Source of the DNA: Malacoraja senta
Taxonomy: Eukaryota
Length of the DNA: 64,000 nucleotides
NCBI GenBank assembly: GCA_038087875.1
Contig: CM075989.1
Location: forward strand, 13,268,001-13,332,000
Direction of reading: 5' to 3'
The position numbers and the translations under genes are program-made. Position 1 is the first letter of the stretch; each line of letters starts with the position of its first letter. The notes beneath the pieces are model-generated. The model was not told the DNA's origin, searched no databases, and saw nothing but the letters and a program-made list of their open reading frames with translations. Of this stretch, positions 1 to 12,932 are shown in pieces.

Positions 1-214
1 TCTAACCTCAGTGGCATTGTCATTCGCTAGTGAACTGAGCTTTCTGTTCTATTGCAAGATTATTTGTGTACAGGTCGTGTGCAATTTTATTGAGATTAGA
101 TCCAAGAAATAACTGACCAGCGTTGTTTGCTTTTTCCAGCGGATTAAGAAATAATACTTGGGACGCCCATTATAGATGCCGTTTCAGATAATTATTCAGT
201 TTAGTAAGGTTGAT

Positions 215-1020
215 GATTAACTGTGTGGATGGTTGTCTGAGGCTATAGGATATCAATTTTGTACAAAATGGCAGATTAAATTTAATCCAGATGAATGTGA
301 AGTGATGCATTTTGCAAGCACTAATTAGGTTAGGACATACACCATGAATGTAGGGTCCTAGGGAGTATTGAGGAACAGAAGAACAACGGTGCACAAGTCC
401 AAAGGTCCTTGAAGGTGATGTCCAATTAGATAACTTGGTTAAAAAGGTTTATGTATATCAGTCAGGGGATTGAAAACAAGAACAGGAAGGTTATGTTCCA
501 ATTTTGTAAAATTATGGTCGAACACCAGCATGCAGTTCTACTCACAATAGGGAAACGTGATGACATGGAGAGGTGCAGAAATGCTCCATCTCAGACGGAG
601 AGATGGAGCATTTTAGTTGTGTGGAAAGTAGGAGAGGCTGGGGCTGTTTTTCCTGGAGTGGAAGAGGTTAAGATGGAACATGACAGGCATATAAAATTGA
701 GGGGTAGAGATAGGGTACCCAGCAGGAGGCTTTACCCCATAGCAGAGGTAGATAAAATTAAAGGCTCTATGTTTAGAGGGGATCTGAAGAGGACATTTTT
801 TCATCAGAGTGGATAAGTACGTGGAATGCGCTGCCAGAAATAGTGGTTGAACAGAGATAGTCGCTGACAGCATTTAAATGTTTTGATGAGCACTGAATCA
901 GTAACCTGAACCTAGAAGGCTACAGGACAAGTGCAGAAGAATTAGATTAATACAGATGGGTCAGCGTGGATGTGGTGGGTTGAATGACCTCTTTCCATGT
1001 CGTATGACTCCATGACTATG
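215..1020 (+). mobile_element. Degenerate CR1-type LINE 3' fragment
   Basis: Matches the end of RT (W-FN--KC-V-HFG) and the tail of the CR1 copy at 26003-28282; ends approximate. Confidence 0.8.
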
Positions 1021-1341
1021 ACAAATATGGGTTATTTCCAGACACTGAAGAATAGTGATCTTGGGTTGGAAAGATTGAATAGATTTGGCCTTTAGTTTCC
1101 CATGTTCAAATGAGATGATTGCACTGAAATGTTTTAAAAATTCTGACACTGCTTGACAGGGAGGATGCTTCCTTGGCTGAGAGTTTAGAATCAAAGGTCA
1201 CATTCTATGTATGATGTAGATGATTTAAGACTGTATTGAGGAGAGATTTCTTCATACAGTTGAAGCATCTTAAGAATTCTCTATCCCGGAGCGCTGTGGA
1301 ATTAAGTGATTGAGATTATTGAAAACAGATTTATAGAGCGA

Positions 1342-1478
1342 GCCTGAAGAAGGGCCCAAAATGTTTCCTCTCCGTGTTCTTCTGGGATGCTGCCATACAT
1401 GGCGAACTTCAGTAACTAAGTTACTCCTGCATTTTGTGTCTTTCCTCGATAAACCAGCATCTGCAGTTCCTTGTATCT
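1342..1478 (+). mobile_element. Short Penelope-derived element (degenerate)
   Basis: ctgaagaaggg...gatgctgcc...agttactcc...ccagcatctgcagttcc, shared with the 3' end of the element at 36501-37757. Confidence 0.7.
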
Positions 1479-2014
1479 AGTTTTATAGTGATTATTAAAA
1501 GAATGAAGGGATCTAGTAGTGAAGGAAAATGGAGCAAAGCAGCCAACAATGCTCAAATGCCTCTTTTATGTTATCAGTTAAATGTCAACTGATTTTTATG
1601 ATTATTTGCTTGTTTTTTTCTTGCACACAACTGTACATTCTACACCCAAAATTCTCAGTAATTTTCCAAATCCTTGGAACTCTTTGGAAAGGTACAATCA
1701 TAGCTATTTGCTGGTGAAAAATGCATTTGCATTGAATTTGTGCGGATTGATCTCTTCCGGGTAAATTTTCCAGAGTGTGAAAAAAGATAAGTGATCTGAA
1801 ATAAACAGAAAAGTTGTGAAAGAGAATTTGCCAGTAATTGAATTGCCTTTATGTGTTTATTATTATTTTTCAAAAAGTATCCACCATATTTCTGTAAATT
1901 CACAGATTGGGAGCAGGACATATTGTGCAGTGTTGTCACATTGCTAATTTAATGCTGAGACTTGGGAAGTATTTATCTTCTGAAGTATTTACCTTGGTTT
2001 GTTTTATTTTATAG

Positions 2015-2094
2015 TCCCAAAAATCCTGGATAGAGAATACCTTTACCAAGAGAGAATGTGTTTATATAATTCCAAGCTCAAAAGACCCACACAG
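2015..2094 (+). CDS. TRPM7: TRPM7 exon 2 (SQKSWIENTFTKRECVYIIPSSKDPH)
   Basis: ttatag|TCC ... AG|gtaaag; 80 nt. Confidence 0.96.
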
Positions 2095-2429
2095 GTAAAG
2101 GAACGTAAATTTATTTGTGATTCTGTTTTCAATGTACTTTTTTTTAAATATAGGTGATATTTTTCTTATGTATATATTGCTTACGGGACTGTGGCCAAAA
2201 CCAGTGATTTTGTGCAGATGAAGGTTCTTGGGTTAATTTTAAATATGGTTATGGAATTACACTGATTTAAGCTTCGAGGGGGCTATTGTGATTTGTTATT
2301 CTTCTTTGTATCCATTGTCAGATGTTATTCATGACCTTGTTCATCAAACTAAGGAACTTTATTATAGTGTTGCAGTTATATAGCACAAAAACAGGTCCAG
2401 CAGTTCACAATGCCCTGTGGGCCTTCTCA

Positions 2430-3718
2430 GCTCAACTAATTTCCCAACACCTATTTAAAAGCCTTCTTTGCTAAGGTGTCACTTAGTCGTGAGAGAGTAC
2501 CTGCTTCTTCAGCCTGTCAATTCTTGATTTCAACTACCTTCCAAGTGGAAAAAACGTTGACTATCCTGGATTAATCTCTTCTAAGTGTAGTGTAATCCTG
2601 TGCATCAGAATTGTTTTTCAATAATTTCCCTACTCTTGATGTTTGGCTCACGGGCCTATAATTACGTGGCTGATTCCAACTGCCCCTCTTAAATAAAAGA
2701 GGCATCTCTTCTGTGGCCAGAAAGATTTGAAAATTTTCTTTGAACTCCCAACAAATTCCTTTCTTACCTCCCATTGCAGCCTAGATATTTATCCACCTTT
2801 TAAAATATAATTTTTGACCGCATGGATACAATAAAGACTCAATGAGCAATTGGACATCTCCTGCTGTCTCCATTTCAATGGTAATTTGTTCAAAGGTTCC
2901 ACTGATCCACTCCTAGAATTCTCTCAAGCTCAAAGTTCTTCTGCATTGTGAATGGAGATGGCAAGCATTCAATTAAGTCCTTGTGCCCTCGTGAATCGTA
3001 CTCTTTCTCCAGTTACTCTCATGCTTTAATATTCTTATAAGAACACATTGGAATTTTCAAGTCTGAAGAAGGGTCTCGACCTGAAACGTTGCCTTTTCCT
3101 TCGCTCCATAGATGCTGCCTTACCCGCTGAGTTTCTCCAGCATTTTTGTCTACCTTTGATTTTTCCAGCATCTGCAGTTCCTTCTTAAACGTTGAGTTAC
3201 TCCAGCACTTTATGTCTATCTTTGGAATTTTAATTAGTCTTGTCAGTTGATGTCATTTGATTTGCTTCTGCACTCTCCTAATTATTTTAAGTACCTCCTA
3301 CACATTCCCTATCCAGTTGGGCTTTGTCGGATTTCCGTTCTCTAAAACTAACGTAAGCATTCATTTTTTTAGATCCTACCCCTTGTCACTTGACATCCAG
3401 GGTACCTTATACTTGTGCTGTTATCCTTCACCATTATGGGAACAAGTTGGCCTTGAACTCTCGTTTTCTGGATCCTCACACTGGTCATCCCTAGAGTAAA
3501 GAAAGTAGTCACTCCCAGTGCAATTGTTTACCAGGTTCTATTTTATCAACTTGAAATCAGCCTTCTCACAATTCAGGATCCTAGTTTCTGGTCTATTCTT
3601 GTTCTTCATAACAACCATAAAACTTGCTGCTACAATCACTATCTCCAAAATATTCTCCGACTGACACTCCCACCACTTGCCCACCAACACTTCCAAAGAT
3701 TCTGTGTATCCCCCTTCT
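2430..3718 (-). mobile_element. Old CR1-type LINE fragment, interrupted by younger insertions and continuing after 4617
   Basis: Minus-frame RNYRPVSQTSRVGKLL resembles CR1 RT GNYRPVSLTSVVGK; ends approximate. Confidence 0.6.
3058..3221 (+). mobile_element. Short Penelope-derived element with hammerhead-like motif
   Basis: Starts agtctgaagaagggtctcgacctgaaacgtt; flanked by ttggaatttt direct repeats (3048-3057, 3222-3231). Confidence 0.85.
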
Positions 3719-3720
3719 AT

Positions 3721-4615
3721 AGGGGGGTTGCACGTAAGGTCACCGGGTCATAGGGCTTGACGCACGGAGCCGCTCAATCCATCTGGAGGACATTCGTCAC
3801 TTCCGGTATACATTATTAATGCTACAAACGCGTACTTTCCTACCTGTTAAAAAACGCCAAAATGTTGACTTTTTTCGCTGTAAAAAATTGTGGAAGTCGG
3901 GGTAAGTGTGAGAGACATGTACCCAACTTCAGAATACCAAAAGTGAAGCGAAATGAAGGTAAAGAGAAGCGACAGCTGAAGGGACAACAACAGCTAAAGT
4001 GCTTGGCGAACATTGGCCGTGCAGATATCGGAATTGAAAATATTGGGATTTATCACGTTTGCTCACTGCATTTCATTAACGGTAAGGCATTATTTGTGGT
4101 TTTTCTTGATTCCTTTGGTATCTAAAAAGTCTCAGAAGTGATAAATCTGGTTGTAAATTTTGCTTCAGAGGCGTTTTCTTTTTGTATGTAAAAACCCACT
4201 TAAACCATGGGCGATTTTAAAATTTTACAGACAGATTTATCCCTTCTGAAATTTTTTAGATGCCAAAGGAATAAAGAAAAAACACAAATAATGCCTTGGT
4301 TGATGAAATGCAGTGAGCAAACGGCCAATGTTCGCCATGCACTTTTGCTGTTGTCCCTTCAGCTCTCGCTTCAATCTAACGTCATTTTTCCTCACTTTTT
4401 GAATTTTGAAGTAGGCTAAATGTCTCCCACGCTTATCCCGATTTCCATAATTATTTACAGCGCAAAAATTGACAATTTCGGCGGGTTTTAACGGGCCCGC
4501 TACGCTGGAAACAATGGTAAGTACTTACCTGCAGTTCATCGCGTGTAATCCATTTGGCGTAGCGTAGCAACAGTATGGGTCATGGGTCGTGACCCGACTG
4601 CCGTGAAACCTCCCT
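3721..4615. mobile_element. Non-autonomous DNA transposon, ISL2EU/Harbinger-like, with two inverted THAP-domain relics
   Basis: Imperfect TIRs aggggggttgcacg / cgtgaaacctccct; AT (or TATA) target duplication; ORF 3862-4125 has FRIP...VCSLHF THAP signature; inverted copy at 4232-4492. Confidence 0.75.
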
Positions 4616-5464
4616 ATAGTAGGACTATCTATGTATTGGCTCAAAAAGCTCTCCCAAGATGCATTTGAAAAAAATCCTGCTCCTTCTAAATCTTTCACAC
4701 TAAAGTTTCCCAGTTAAATGGGGAAAACTTAGTTCTTCTATTGATAAAATATTATTTGTACACTTCACATTTAATTTGTCCACATATCTGTTCTATCTCC
4801 CACTAGCTGTTGTGTACCTGCAGCAAAGTGATTGCTCCTTTTGTTGCTAAGTTCCATACATTTAGTCGTATTTGAAGAACTTCCTATAATATGCCCCATC
4901 ATTAGTACAGTAATAGCCCTTTTGATTTATATTGCATTGCAGCTGATTCTTTTGATCGTCATTGTCCTGCCGAAGATTCTATACCTTGTCCTTTAGTATG
5001 CCCTTTCCTTGGTTTCAGAATTTCTTGGATAATGAATTACTGCACCAAATAATGGAGTTAATTGCCTTTAGTGGGTGCTGATTTATATCATGTTTCCTTG
5101 ACACTTTAAAAAAGCTGCTTCACATTCTGCTTTGCACATCATTTGCAATCAACATTCATCTTTTCCAGAAAGTTCTATTGTAAATTTACTTTTTTCTATT
5201 TGACACATTTGTGAAAATGTTGACAATTTTTGAAATAATTTGTGATATACTTTATCCAAGGATGTTTCACCAACATGGTGCCAAAATCTTGGAACTAGCC
5301 TTTAAGAGCTTAAACAGAATGCCATATATTCCCAAGCTTGTCTCTGTCAGTGAAGATCATGACTGCTTTATGACTTTATTCAAGACAGTTAGGTATTGTT
5401 CTGGGGTCCACAGGAATCAAGCAATATAGGCAGAGAATTGGAACAGGGTACTGAATTTGGGTGA

Positions 5465-5623
5465 AGATAGACAGAAATACTGGTATAACAGCAGGACAGA
5501 CAAACTGTCTGAAGAAGGGGCTCGACCCAAAGCGTCATCCATTCCTTCTCTCCAGAGATGCTGCCTGTCCCACTGAGTCCCACAGCATTTTGTGCCTATT
5601 TTCGATGCAGTTCCTTCCGACAC
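5465..5623 (+). mobile_element. Short Penelope-derived element
   Basis: ctgaagaaggggctcgaccc...gatgctgcctg; flanking direct repeat actgaatttgggtga. Confidence 0.75.
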
Positions 5624-5776
5624 ACTGAATTTGGGTGATAGCCATAATTATATTGAAAGGCAGAGTGGTCTAATAATTATATTGAAAGGACTGAATGGTC
5701 TAATTCTACTTCTATTATCTGGTTTTATTTCTACTCATCTATGTTGTACTAAATATCTTTATATCCTTCTCATAAA

Positions 5777-6625
5777 GTCATAGAGTCGTTACAGAGGGCA
5801 ATCAGACCCTTCCATGCTAAACCCATCTGCCTGTGTTTGGCTCGTATCCTTCTAAACCTTTCCTACCCTTGCACCTGTCCAAATGTCTTTTAAATGTTGT
5901 GATAGTACCTGCCTCCTCTATCAGCTCGTTCCATATACCCACCACCCTTTGTGTGAAAAAGGTGCCCCTCAGGTTCCTATTAAATCTTTCCTCTCTCATC
6001 ATAAACCTTTGTCCTCTGGTTCCTGATTCCCCAACTTGGGATAAAAGGCTCTGCATTTACACTACCTATTCCCCTCATGATCTTATACATCTCTATACAA
6101 GCACTTCTCATCCTACTGTGCTCCAAGGAATAAAGTCCTGACATGCTCAACTTCTCCCTATAGCTCATGCCTTCGAGTCCTGGCAAAATCTTCATATACC
6201 TTCACTGTACCCTCTGCAGCTTAACAACATCTTTCCAATAACCATTTGTTGGCAGGAGAAAGTGGTGGTGACCCCCCCCCCCCCCCCCCCCCCCCCAAAA
6301 TTGAATACAATACGCCAAATGTGGCCTCACCAATGTCTTATACAACGGTAACATAACATTCCAACTTCTATACTCAATATTCTGACTGATGAAGGTCAAT
6401 GTGTCAAAAGCCTTCTTGACCACCCTTTCTACCTGTGACATCGCTTTCAAGAAACTATGTGCTTGCACTCCTAGATTCCTCTGCTGTACAACACTCCCCA
6501 GAGCCCTACCATTCATTGTGAAGTTCCTGTCCTGGTTTGACTTCCCAAAATGCAAAATATCACACTTCCTTGTATGAAACTCCATTAACAATTCCACAGC
6601 CCACCTGTTCAACTGATCAAGATCT
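5777..6625 (-). mobile_element. CR1-type LINE 3' fragment
   Basis: Minus ORFs LYKTLVRPHLAYCIQFW and FFTQRVVGIWNEL; CR1 tail near 5777. Confidence 0.9.
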
Positions 6626-7079
6626 GCCGCTTAAATTCTTCTTCCCGTTCTTCACTCTGATCTTTGTCTTTGACATCTTGCACAGTTTCCACAGAGCCGA
6701 GTGAAAACTCGAGGAACATCAACTCATGTTCCATTTAGGCACGCTGCCGTACTTGAAACTCAATATTGAAATCGCCAGTTTTATAAAGGGTATATGTCCA
6801 ATCTGTCTAATAAGCGAGTTCGGTATTCCGAAAAATGCAAAGAATCATGGGATTTGTCAAAGGTCATTCACCATAAAGAAAAAGCGAATGACGTGCTGGC
6901 TGAAGAAACTGTATAAATTCTTATCTTTATTCATAATTTATGTGTAAAGATATATTTAATCTGAGGAACGAGGGTGCCATGTGGTCACTTTATAGGAAAA
7001 TTAATGTATTCCAGACTGAAACACAACGATGATAGTTTCCGAGTTGAATTTCACTATTCTGCTAATTTCAAGGCGACCA

Positions 7080-7590
7080 CAGCCGGGCTAACTGACAGCC
7101 CCGGACTGACGACACCAGCGGCCCCAGGCCCACAGCCAGCACAGAGAAGAAACTTGACTCCCTCTGGGCCAATCAACAGCCCCGGACCGATGACACCAGC
7201 GGCCCCAGGCCCACAGCTCAACTCCTGCCGGGCCAACTGACAGCCCTGGACCAACGACACTAACGACCCCAGGCCCACGGCCAGCGCGGAGAAGAAGCGC
7301 CATCTCCAGCCCAACCCCACTCCCCCATGGGCCGGGGACCGCTAGCCAACCCCCCCCCCACCCCCCCCCCCCTCCGGCGTCGGCGAAAGCCGAGCACCAG
7401 CCATACACACAAAGAGCTGCAGCAACTCGGCCTTTTCCCCGCGCCGGCTGCAAGCCCAGCCCGGCACCTCAGGCCACCCCCGGACGGGGATGGGACACCC
7501 GGGAGGGGACGGGGACGACCCAGCGGCAACTCAACAGCACCCGCAGACCCGGGCCCGATCTTGCTCACTCACCAAAGCATAAAGCAATAA
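7080..7590. repeat. GC/CpG-rich unclassified insert with about three tandem units
   Basis: acagccccggac...acaccagcggccccaggcccacagc at ~7095, ~7176 and ~7240. Confidence 0.6.
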
Positions 7591-8114
7591 AAACGACAAA
7601 ATAATCTTAGCTTTTAACAAAGGAACAACAAAATACAACTATTTCATAGTTTGAAAGCAATATTTTCTTACCTAGAAGAATCAAAGCTGGAAAAAAACGG
7701 AAGACATGAAGGTGTATGTACACAGCTCCACTGCTTTCCAGCAATGTTTATGCATGGTGAACTTTGACCTGGGCATGCACAGTCGGAATACCGAATTCGC
7801 TTATTGTTCTTCGTGAGACACTTGGATTTTATTTATTCTTGATTGGAGTTGTGAGTTGCTTGCAATGCCAATCTTTTTGTCTACACCTAACTGCCCACAA
7901 ACCAAGTGGCTTTTTCTACTGCTTCACAGGGAATTTACAAGTCAAGTACATTGAGTCTGGAGTCATGTAGGTCACATGAGCGAAGATGACAGATTTACCC
8001 ATGAAAGTCATTAGTGAATCAGATGAGTTTTGTGACAACCAGTTTTTTTGTGGTCACCATTCCTGATGACTTTTTTTTAACATTTGACATTATCAATTTA
8101 ATTTAAAATCTACA

Positions 8115-9431
8115 TTAAAATTAGATAATTTATCACTTTTTCTTCCAATTGTGAATAACCCTTTGTTTAAGCCTTCATGGTTGGACGGGGGTTTTACACA
8201 ATGGAAGAATTATGGAATTAAAAATATGGGACAACTTTATAAGGAAGGCACCTTTCTGACATTTCAGGAGTTGCAACAGACTTATGGACTTCGAGGAAAT
8301 GATTATTTCAGATATCTTCAACTTAGAGATTATGTAAAATCGAACTCTCAAAATTTTCGAATTAGAAATTCAGAAATTCTTGATGAATGTTGGAACAAAC
8401 ATCCTAATACAGAAAAATTAATATCTTATATATATAATATCTTATTAGACAGTGACATTCCTTCGACGGAATTACACAGACAAACATGGGAAAAAGAATT
8501 AAATCAAGTAATAACGAAAGATACTTGGGAAGAAAGTTTGCAACACATACATCAGTGCTCACTAAACGCCAGACATTCTCTAATACAATTTAAAGTAATA
8601 CATAGGTTACATTATTCAAAAACAAAACTACATAAAAATTTTCAACATATCTCACCTATATGTGATAAATGTCAACATTTAGAAGCTACATTATCTCATA
8701 TGTTTGCAAACTGTATAAAAATTAAAAAATTCTGGGTAAATATTTTCAGTATAATATCTAAAGTAACCGGCACACAATTGGACCCAGATCCAAAATTAAT
8801 AATACTCGGAATATTAGAATTAAATCAAACATTTAGAACAACACAAAGAAACTTTATTGATTATAGTTTAATAACAGGAAAAAAATTAATTCTAAAATTT
8901 TGGAAAGGCCCTACGGCCCCCACAATCAAAATGTGGATTATAGAAATGACGGAGACCTTAAACGTGGAAAGAATCAGATTTTCCCTGTTGGACAAACAGG
9001 AATTATTCGTAGGAACATGGTCTCCTTTTATTGATTACTTAAAGGGTCAGAATAGTTCAGCACAGGAACCTGACTAGCACTCGGGCTAAAGAATGGATGA
9101 AATGCTATACTCTGAAATGTACGAATATATCTCGAATGAAGTTTTTTATTTCAATACATTTTTCCATTCTTCTTTAACTATTTTTCTCCTTTTTTTTTTT
9201 TTTTTCCTTTGTTTTTTTTGTTTTTTTTAATCTTCTCTTTCTTTTCTTTCTTTACTTCATCTATCTCTTTAGTTCTATCTAGTTTAAAAAAAAAAGGCAA
9301 AAGGTATTGGAGACAATGTAATAATAATTGACAATATTATCAATTTAAAAATGTTAGACTGTAATGATGTAAATAGGTTGTGTACTTATCTCCAATAATA
9401 AAAAATATTAAAAAAAAAAAAATTTAAAAAA
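8115..9431 (+). mobile_element. 5'-truncated L1-clade LINE (ORF2 C-terminus, 3'UTR, poly-A)
   Basis: Uninterrupted ORF 8151-9077 with CCHC knuckle CDKC-8x-HMFANC; AATAAA and A-tail; 15-bp TSD aatttaaaatctaca (8100-8114, 9432-9446). Confidence 0.92.
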
Positions 9432-10195
9432 AATTTAAAATCTACAACTACAATGGAGGGATTCAAACTCTGATTATTGGATTAATCATTCATGAAATGA
9501 TTACTCGGGTAGCGTAATCATTTCATGAATATAGTCTGGTGAATCTTCATTGTATCCTCAATGGCGAGAGGGGGAGAATTGCAAATATTTACCACGCTTT
9601 GAGTGAAGATTTTTTTCTTCTCAGTCCTAAATGGCTTTGCCTGATTCTGAAACAGTGTCCCGTTATTCTCGGTTTAGCTCGGGGAAAGCTCCTCCCTATA
9701 TTCACCCAGTTAAGAATATTATCAACATCTAATAAGACCTCTCACCCTTCTAAATTCTTGACAATACAGTCCCACTCAGTGTCTCACTACAACACAACTT
9801 GCCAACCCATGAGCCAGTCCGTCGAATCTTTGCTACACTCCCTCGGTGGCAAGGAGTTCAAAACTGTTCAAAGTCACCCAGGTATGGTCTTACTAGGGTT
9901 CTAAAACAGCCTAAATAAAATACACTGTACTAATTTGTACAGATAGTCTACTGAGTTTCAACTTTTAATCCCTTTGTTAGATAATAGTGCTCAACTGATT
10001 GCTTAAATAAAATACATGCTATTGATGTATCTGAATTCTATTCATTCTGGAAAGATTCCAAACCATGAAGGCATTATTTTCAATGCATTAACTGAATTTA
10101 AATTTGTCTGTGTATTGACAAACACACTCCTTATTATCTGTTGTACGTGCAATCAGAAACTCTGCAAAAGTTCACTTTATTGCTTCTGGTTTCAG

Positions 10196-10234
10196 ATGTC
10201 TTCCAGGATGTCAGATATGCCAGCAGTTGGTAAG
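10196..10234 (+). CDS. TRPM7: TRPM7 exon 3 (CLPGCQICQQLV)
   Basis: ttcag|A ... AG|gtgagt; 39 nt. Confidence 0.95.
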
Positions 10235-10348
10235 GTGAGTTTTATTTTAATGAGGTTTTATTTTCAGAATTGTTTAAAACAATGAATTTCTAGTGCCTAT
10301 CTGTATGTCAGGAGGAGCACTCCTGATTTGAATTCATTTATTGCTGTA

Positions 10349-10590
10349 CTGTGGCACAGCAGTACAGTTGCTGCCTAACAGCGCTTAAAGCGCCAGAGAC
10401 CCTGGTTCGATCCCGACTACGGGTGCTATTGTACGGAGTTTGTACGTTCTCTCCGTAACCGCTTGGGTTTTCTCCGAGATTTTCGGTTTGATCCCACACT
10501 CCAACGACATACAATGATGTAGGTTAATTGGCTTGGTATAAATGTAAATTGTCCCATGTGTGTAGGATAGTGTTAATGTGCGGGGATTGT
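10349..10590 (+). mobile_element. tRNA-derived SINE (HE1/V-SINE type)
   Basis: A-box tggcacagcag, B-box ggttcgatccc, V-like core ggagtttgtacgttctctccgt. Confidence 0.85.
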
Positions 10591-12063
10591 AGAAGTTGTG
10601 TATCTTAAAATTACCACAAAGTCCAGGATGCTGGATGGAGAATTGGATTTGGAGCATTTGATCTCAAGAACATTGTCCTGCCTTAGTGGATAACATGAAT
10701 TTTCATTTGAACATATTAGCGTCAAAATACAGTGCTGAAAATACATTTAGACTGAATTAGATTGAGTGATACTAATGAGCTGTGCAGAGCTACACTTAGA
10801 AAGGTTGAAGTGCTTAGTTTTGCAGCTGTTTTTCCACAATCATTTACAAAGTCGAGTTTCTGCTGCTTTTGAAACGTTAATGTTGTTCCTGTAGTAAATT
10901 CACAGCAATTACATCTTGAGTCTGGTTTATTAGAATGTAAATCTCATCATAGTTAATGGCTGCTAGAATATTCTGTGTGTGTGTGTAATTGCAGCCAAGT
11001 TCAACAGGTTTCATTTATCTTATGTGCTCTACTTGACATTTGCAGAAGTCAAATGCATTCTTTAATTCCTTTTTAATGCTGAACTTGGTAAAATGACCAC
11101 CCCAACATTAAAATTGTACTTAAATGATATCACCTTGCTTTAAAGCAAGTGATTACCACTTTACAACTGAAAGCGTTAAGGCTCAATGAACAATTTAACG
11201 CAATTCTTTTTTTTTCTCCAAAATGGGTGATAAGGTTGTATTTGGCATGTGTATTGCTGCTTGAATTTCTGGCAGTCTGTCTCATTACCAGATAATGAGA
11301 CTCTGGGAATGTTCGGTTTACATAACGGTACGAGCAAAACTCCAAATTTCTGGCTGTGGATTTGGAAGATATTTATTTACATGGTGCCTTTCACGATCTA
11401 AGGGAATATAAATGTGAATTCATTGTTGAAAGAATTGGAGGAGAGTTGAGAAAACGTTATTGATTTAATAAGTCAAGAGTCAAGAGAGTTTTATTGTCAT
11501 GTGTCCCAGATAGGACAATGAAATTCTTGCTTGCTGCAGTATTGTAACAATTAAACTGGCATCCAAATGGGTGGTAGAGAGAGGAAAACTAATTGTATTT
11601 TAAGTAGTACCTGGCTTAAGGCGCCATGACCTTTGACTGACATGGGCATAATAAGTCAGGTGTGCTGAAAATCTCTCTGATTCCGTGATAATACAAAGTA
11701 CTTTAAAGACCATGCGTTGATACTTTGTTGTTGTTCAGAGTATATACAGATGAATAAAAATGTGAAAGGATGACAATGAAGCTTATCCCTTTTGTAAAAG
11801 TGCAAGCCTCTTCAGAGCATCTATCCCAATCCAATTTCAGAGCATTTTCTCCCATATTCCTATATTTTTTCTTTCTCATACGTATCCTTCATTGTTGTTT
11901 CCCTTGCATAAATTTATGATTGTCATTTAATGCTGTTTAAAATGGATCTTTTCCAAGGAAAATGCTTATTCTCCTTTGACAAAATTCAATGATATTAATC
12001 CAACAACAAATCTATATGTTGTACTTACTAATCCATAATTCCCCATCTACTACTTCCTTACAG

Positions 12064-12262
12064 GTGTTGCTGTGGGCGATTGGTCCGGCAGCACCTTGGC
12101 TTCACTGCAAGTCTGGCAATGAAATACTCCGATATAAAACTGGGTGAAACTGCAAACTTGGAGAAAGAAGAATGGTCAGTGGAGAGACACACCAATGAGA
12201 GTCCAACAGATGCTTATGGAGTTATTAATTTTCAGGGAGGGTCACATTCTTACAGGGCCAAG
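12064..12262 (+). CDS. TRPM7: TRPM7 exon 4 (CCCGRLVRQH...GGSHSYRAK)
   Basis: ttacag|G ... AAG|gtttgt; 199 nt. Confidence 0.96.
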
Positions 12263-12718
12263 GTTTGTAAAATTTGCGATCTTGTAAATTTGTTAAATTT
12301 GACTTTAAATGACGGTGTAATTTCCATGGACAAAACATTATTTAGAAACTAGAGGCTAATAATACAGTGGCCCTAAGTCATTTGCTATCTACTATTTACC
12401 TTGAGGTTCTTTTTGGATATACTCTGTGCCATCCTGAATGCCCCTTTGTGGGGTGCTCCTGTCCAGGGATTCCCAGGAGATAGTGGCAATCGTTGCACTT
12501 TTCCGAGGAGGTTTTGAGAACATCTTTGATTCTTTTCCTCTGTGGTCCCACTTCCCCGTATATGTAATGAATTACTTTGAAATAATTAACATTTGATTAA
12601 GACTGCCACATGAGGAAGTGCTATCATGGCAAGTGTCCTGTGTTTCATACAAACATTTATATTGTTAGAAGTTTAAACATTTTTCCCATAACTTTCCTTT
12701 TGTTTTGAATTGATGCAG

Positions 12719-12932
12719 TATGTGCGATTATCCTATGACACGAAACCTGAAGCTGCTTTAAAACTAATGCTGAAAGAATGGCAGATGGAGCTACCTAAAC
12801 TTGTCATATCTGTGCATGGAGGAATGCAAAACTTTGAACTCCATCCACGCATTAAGCAAGTTGTTGGAAAAGGCTTGATCAAGGCAGCAGTCACCACAGG
12901 GGCTTGGATTCTAACTGGAGGGGTGAACGCAG
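12719..12932 (+). CDS. TRPM7: TRPM7 exon 5 ([10 protein letters not shown]...LTGGVNA)
   Basis: tgcag|TAT ... AG|gtaaca; 214 nt. Confidence 0.96.

Noticed and set aside
6974-7590. Pro/Gly-rich ORFs on both strands (also 58919-59367 and 63474-63933)
   Set aside because: Expected from GC-rich, low-complexity repeat DNA; no recognisable domain
10349-10425. tRNA gene (also 24580-24650)
   Set aside because: A/B boxes continue into a SINE body; no complete cloverleaf
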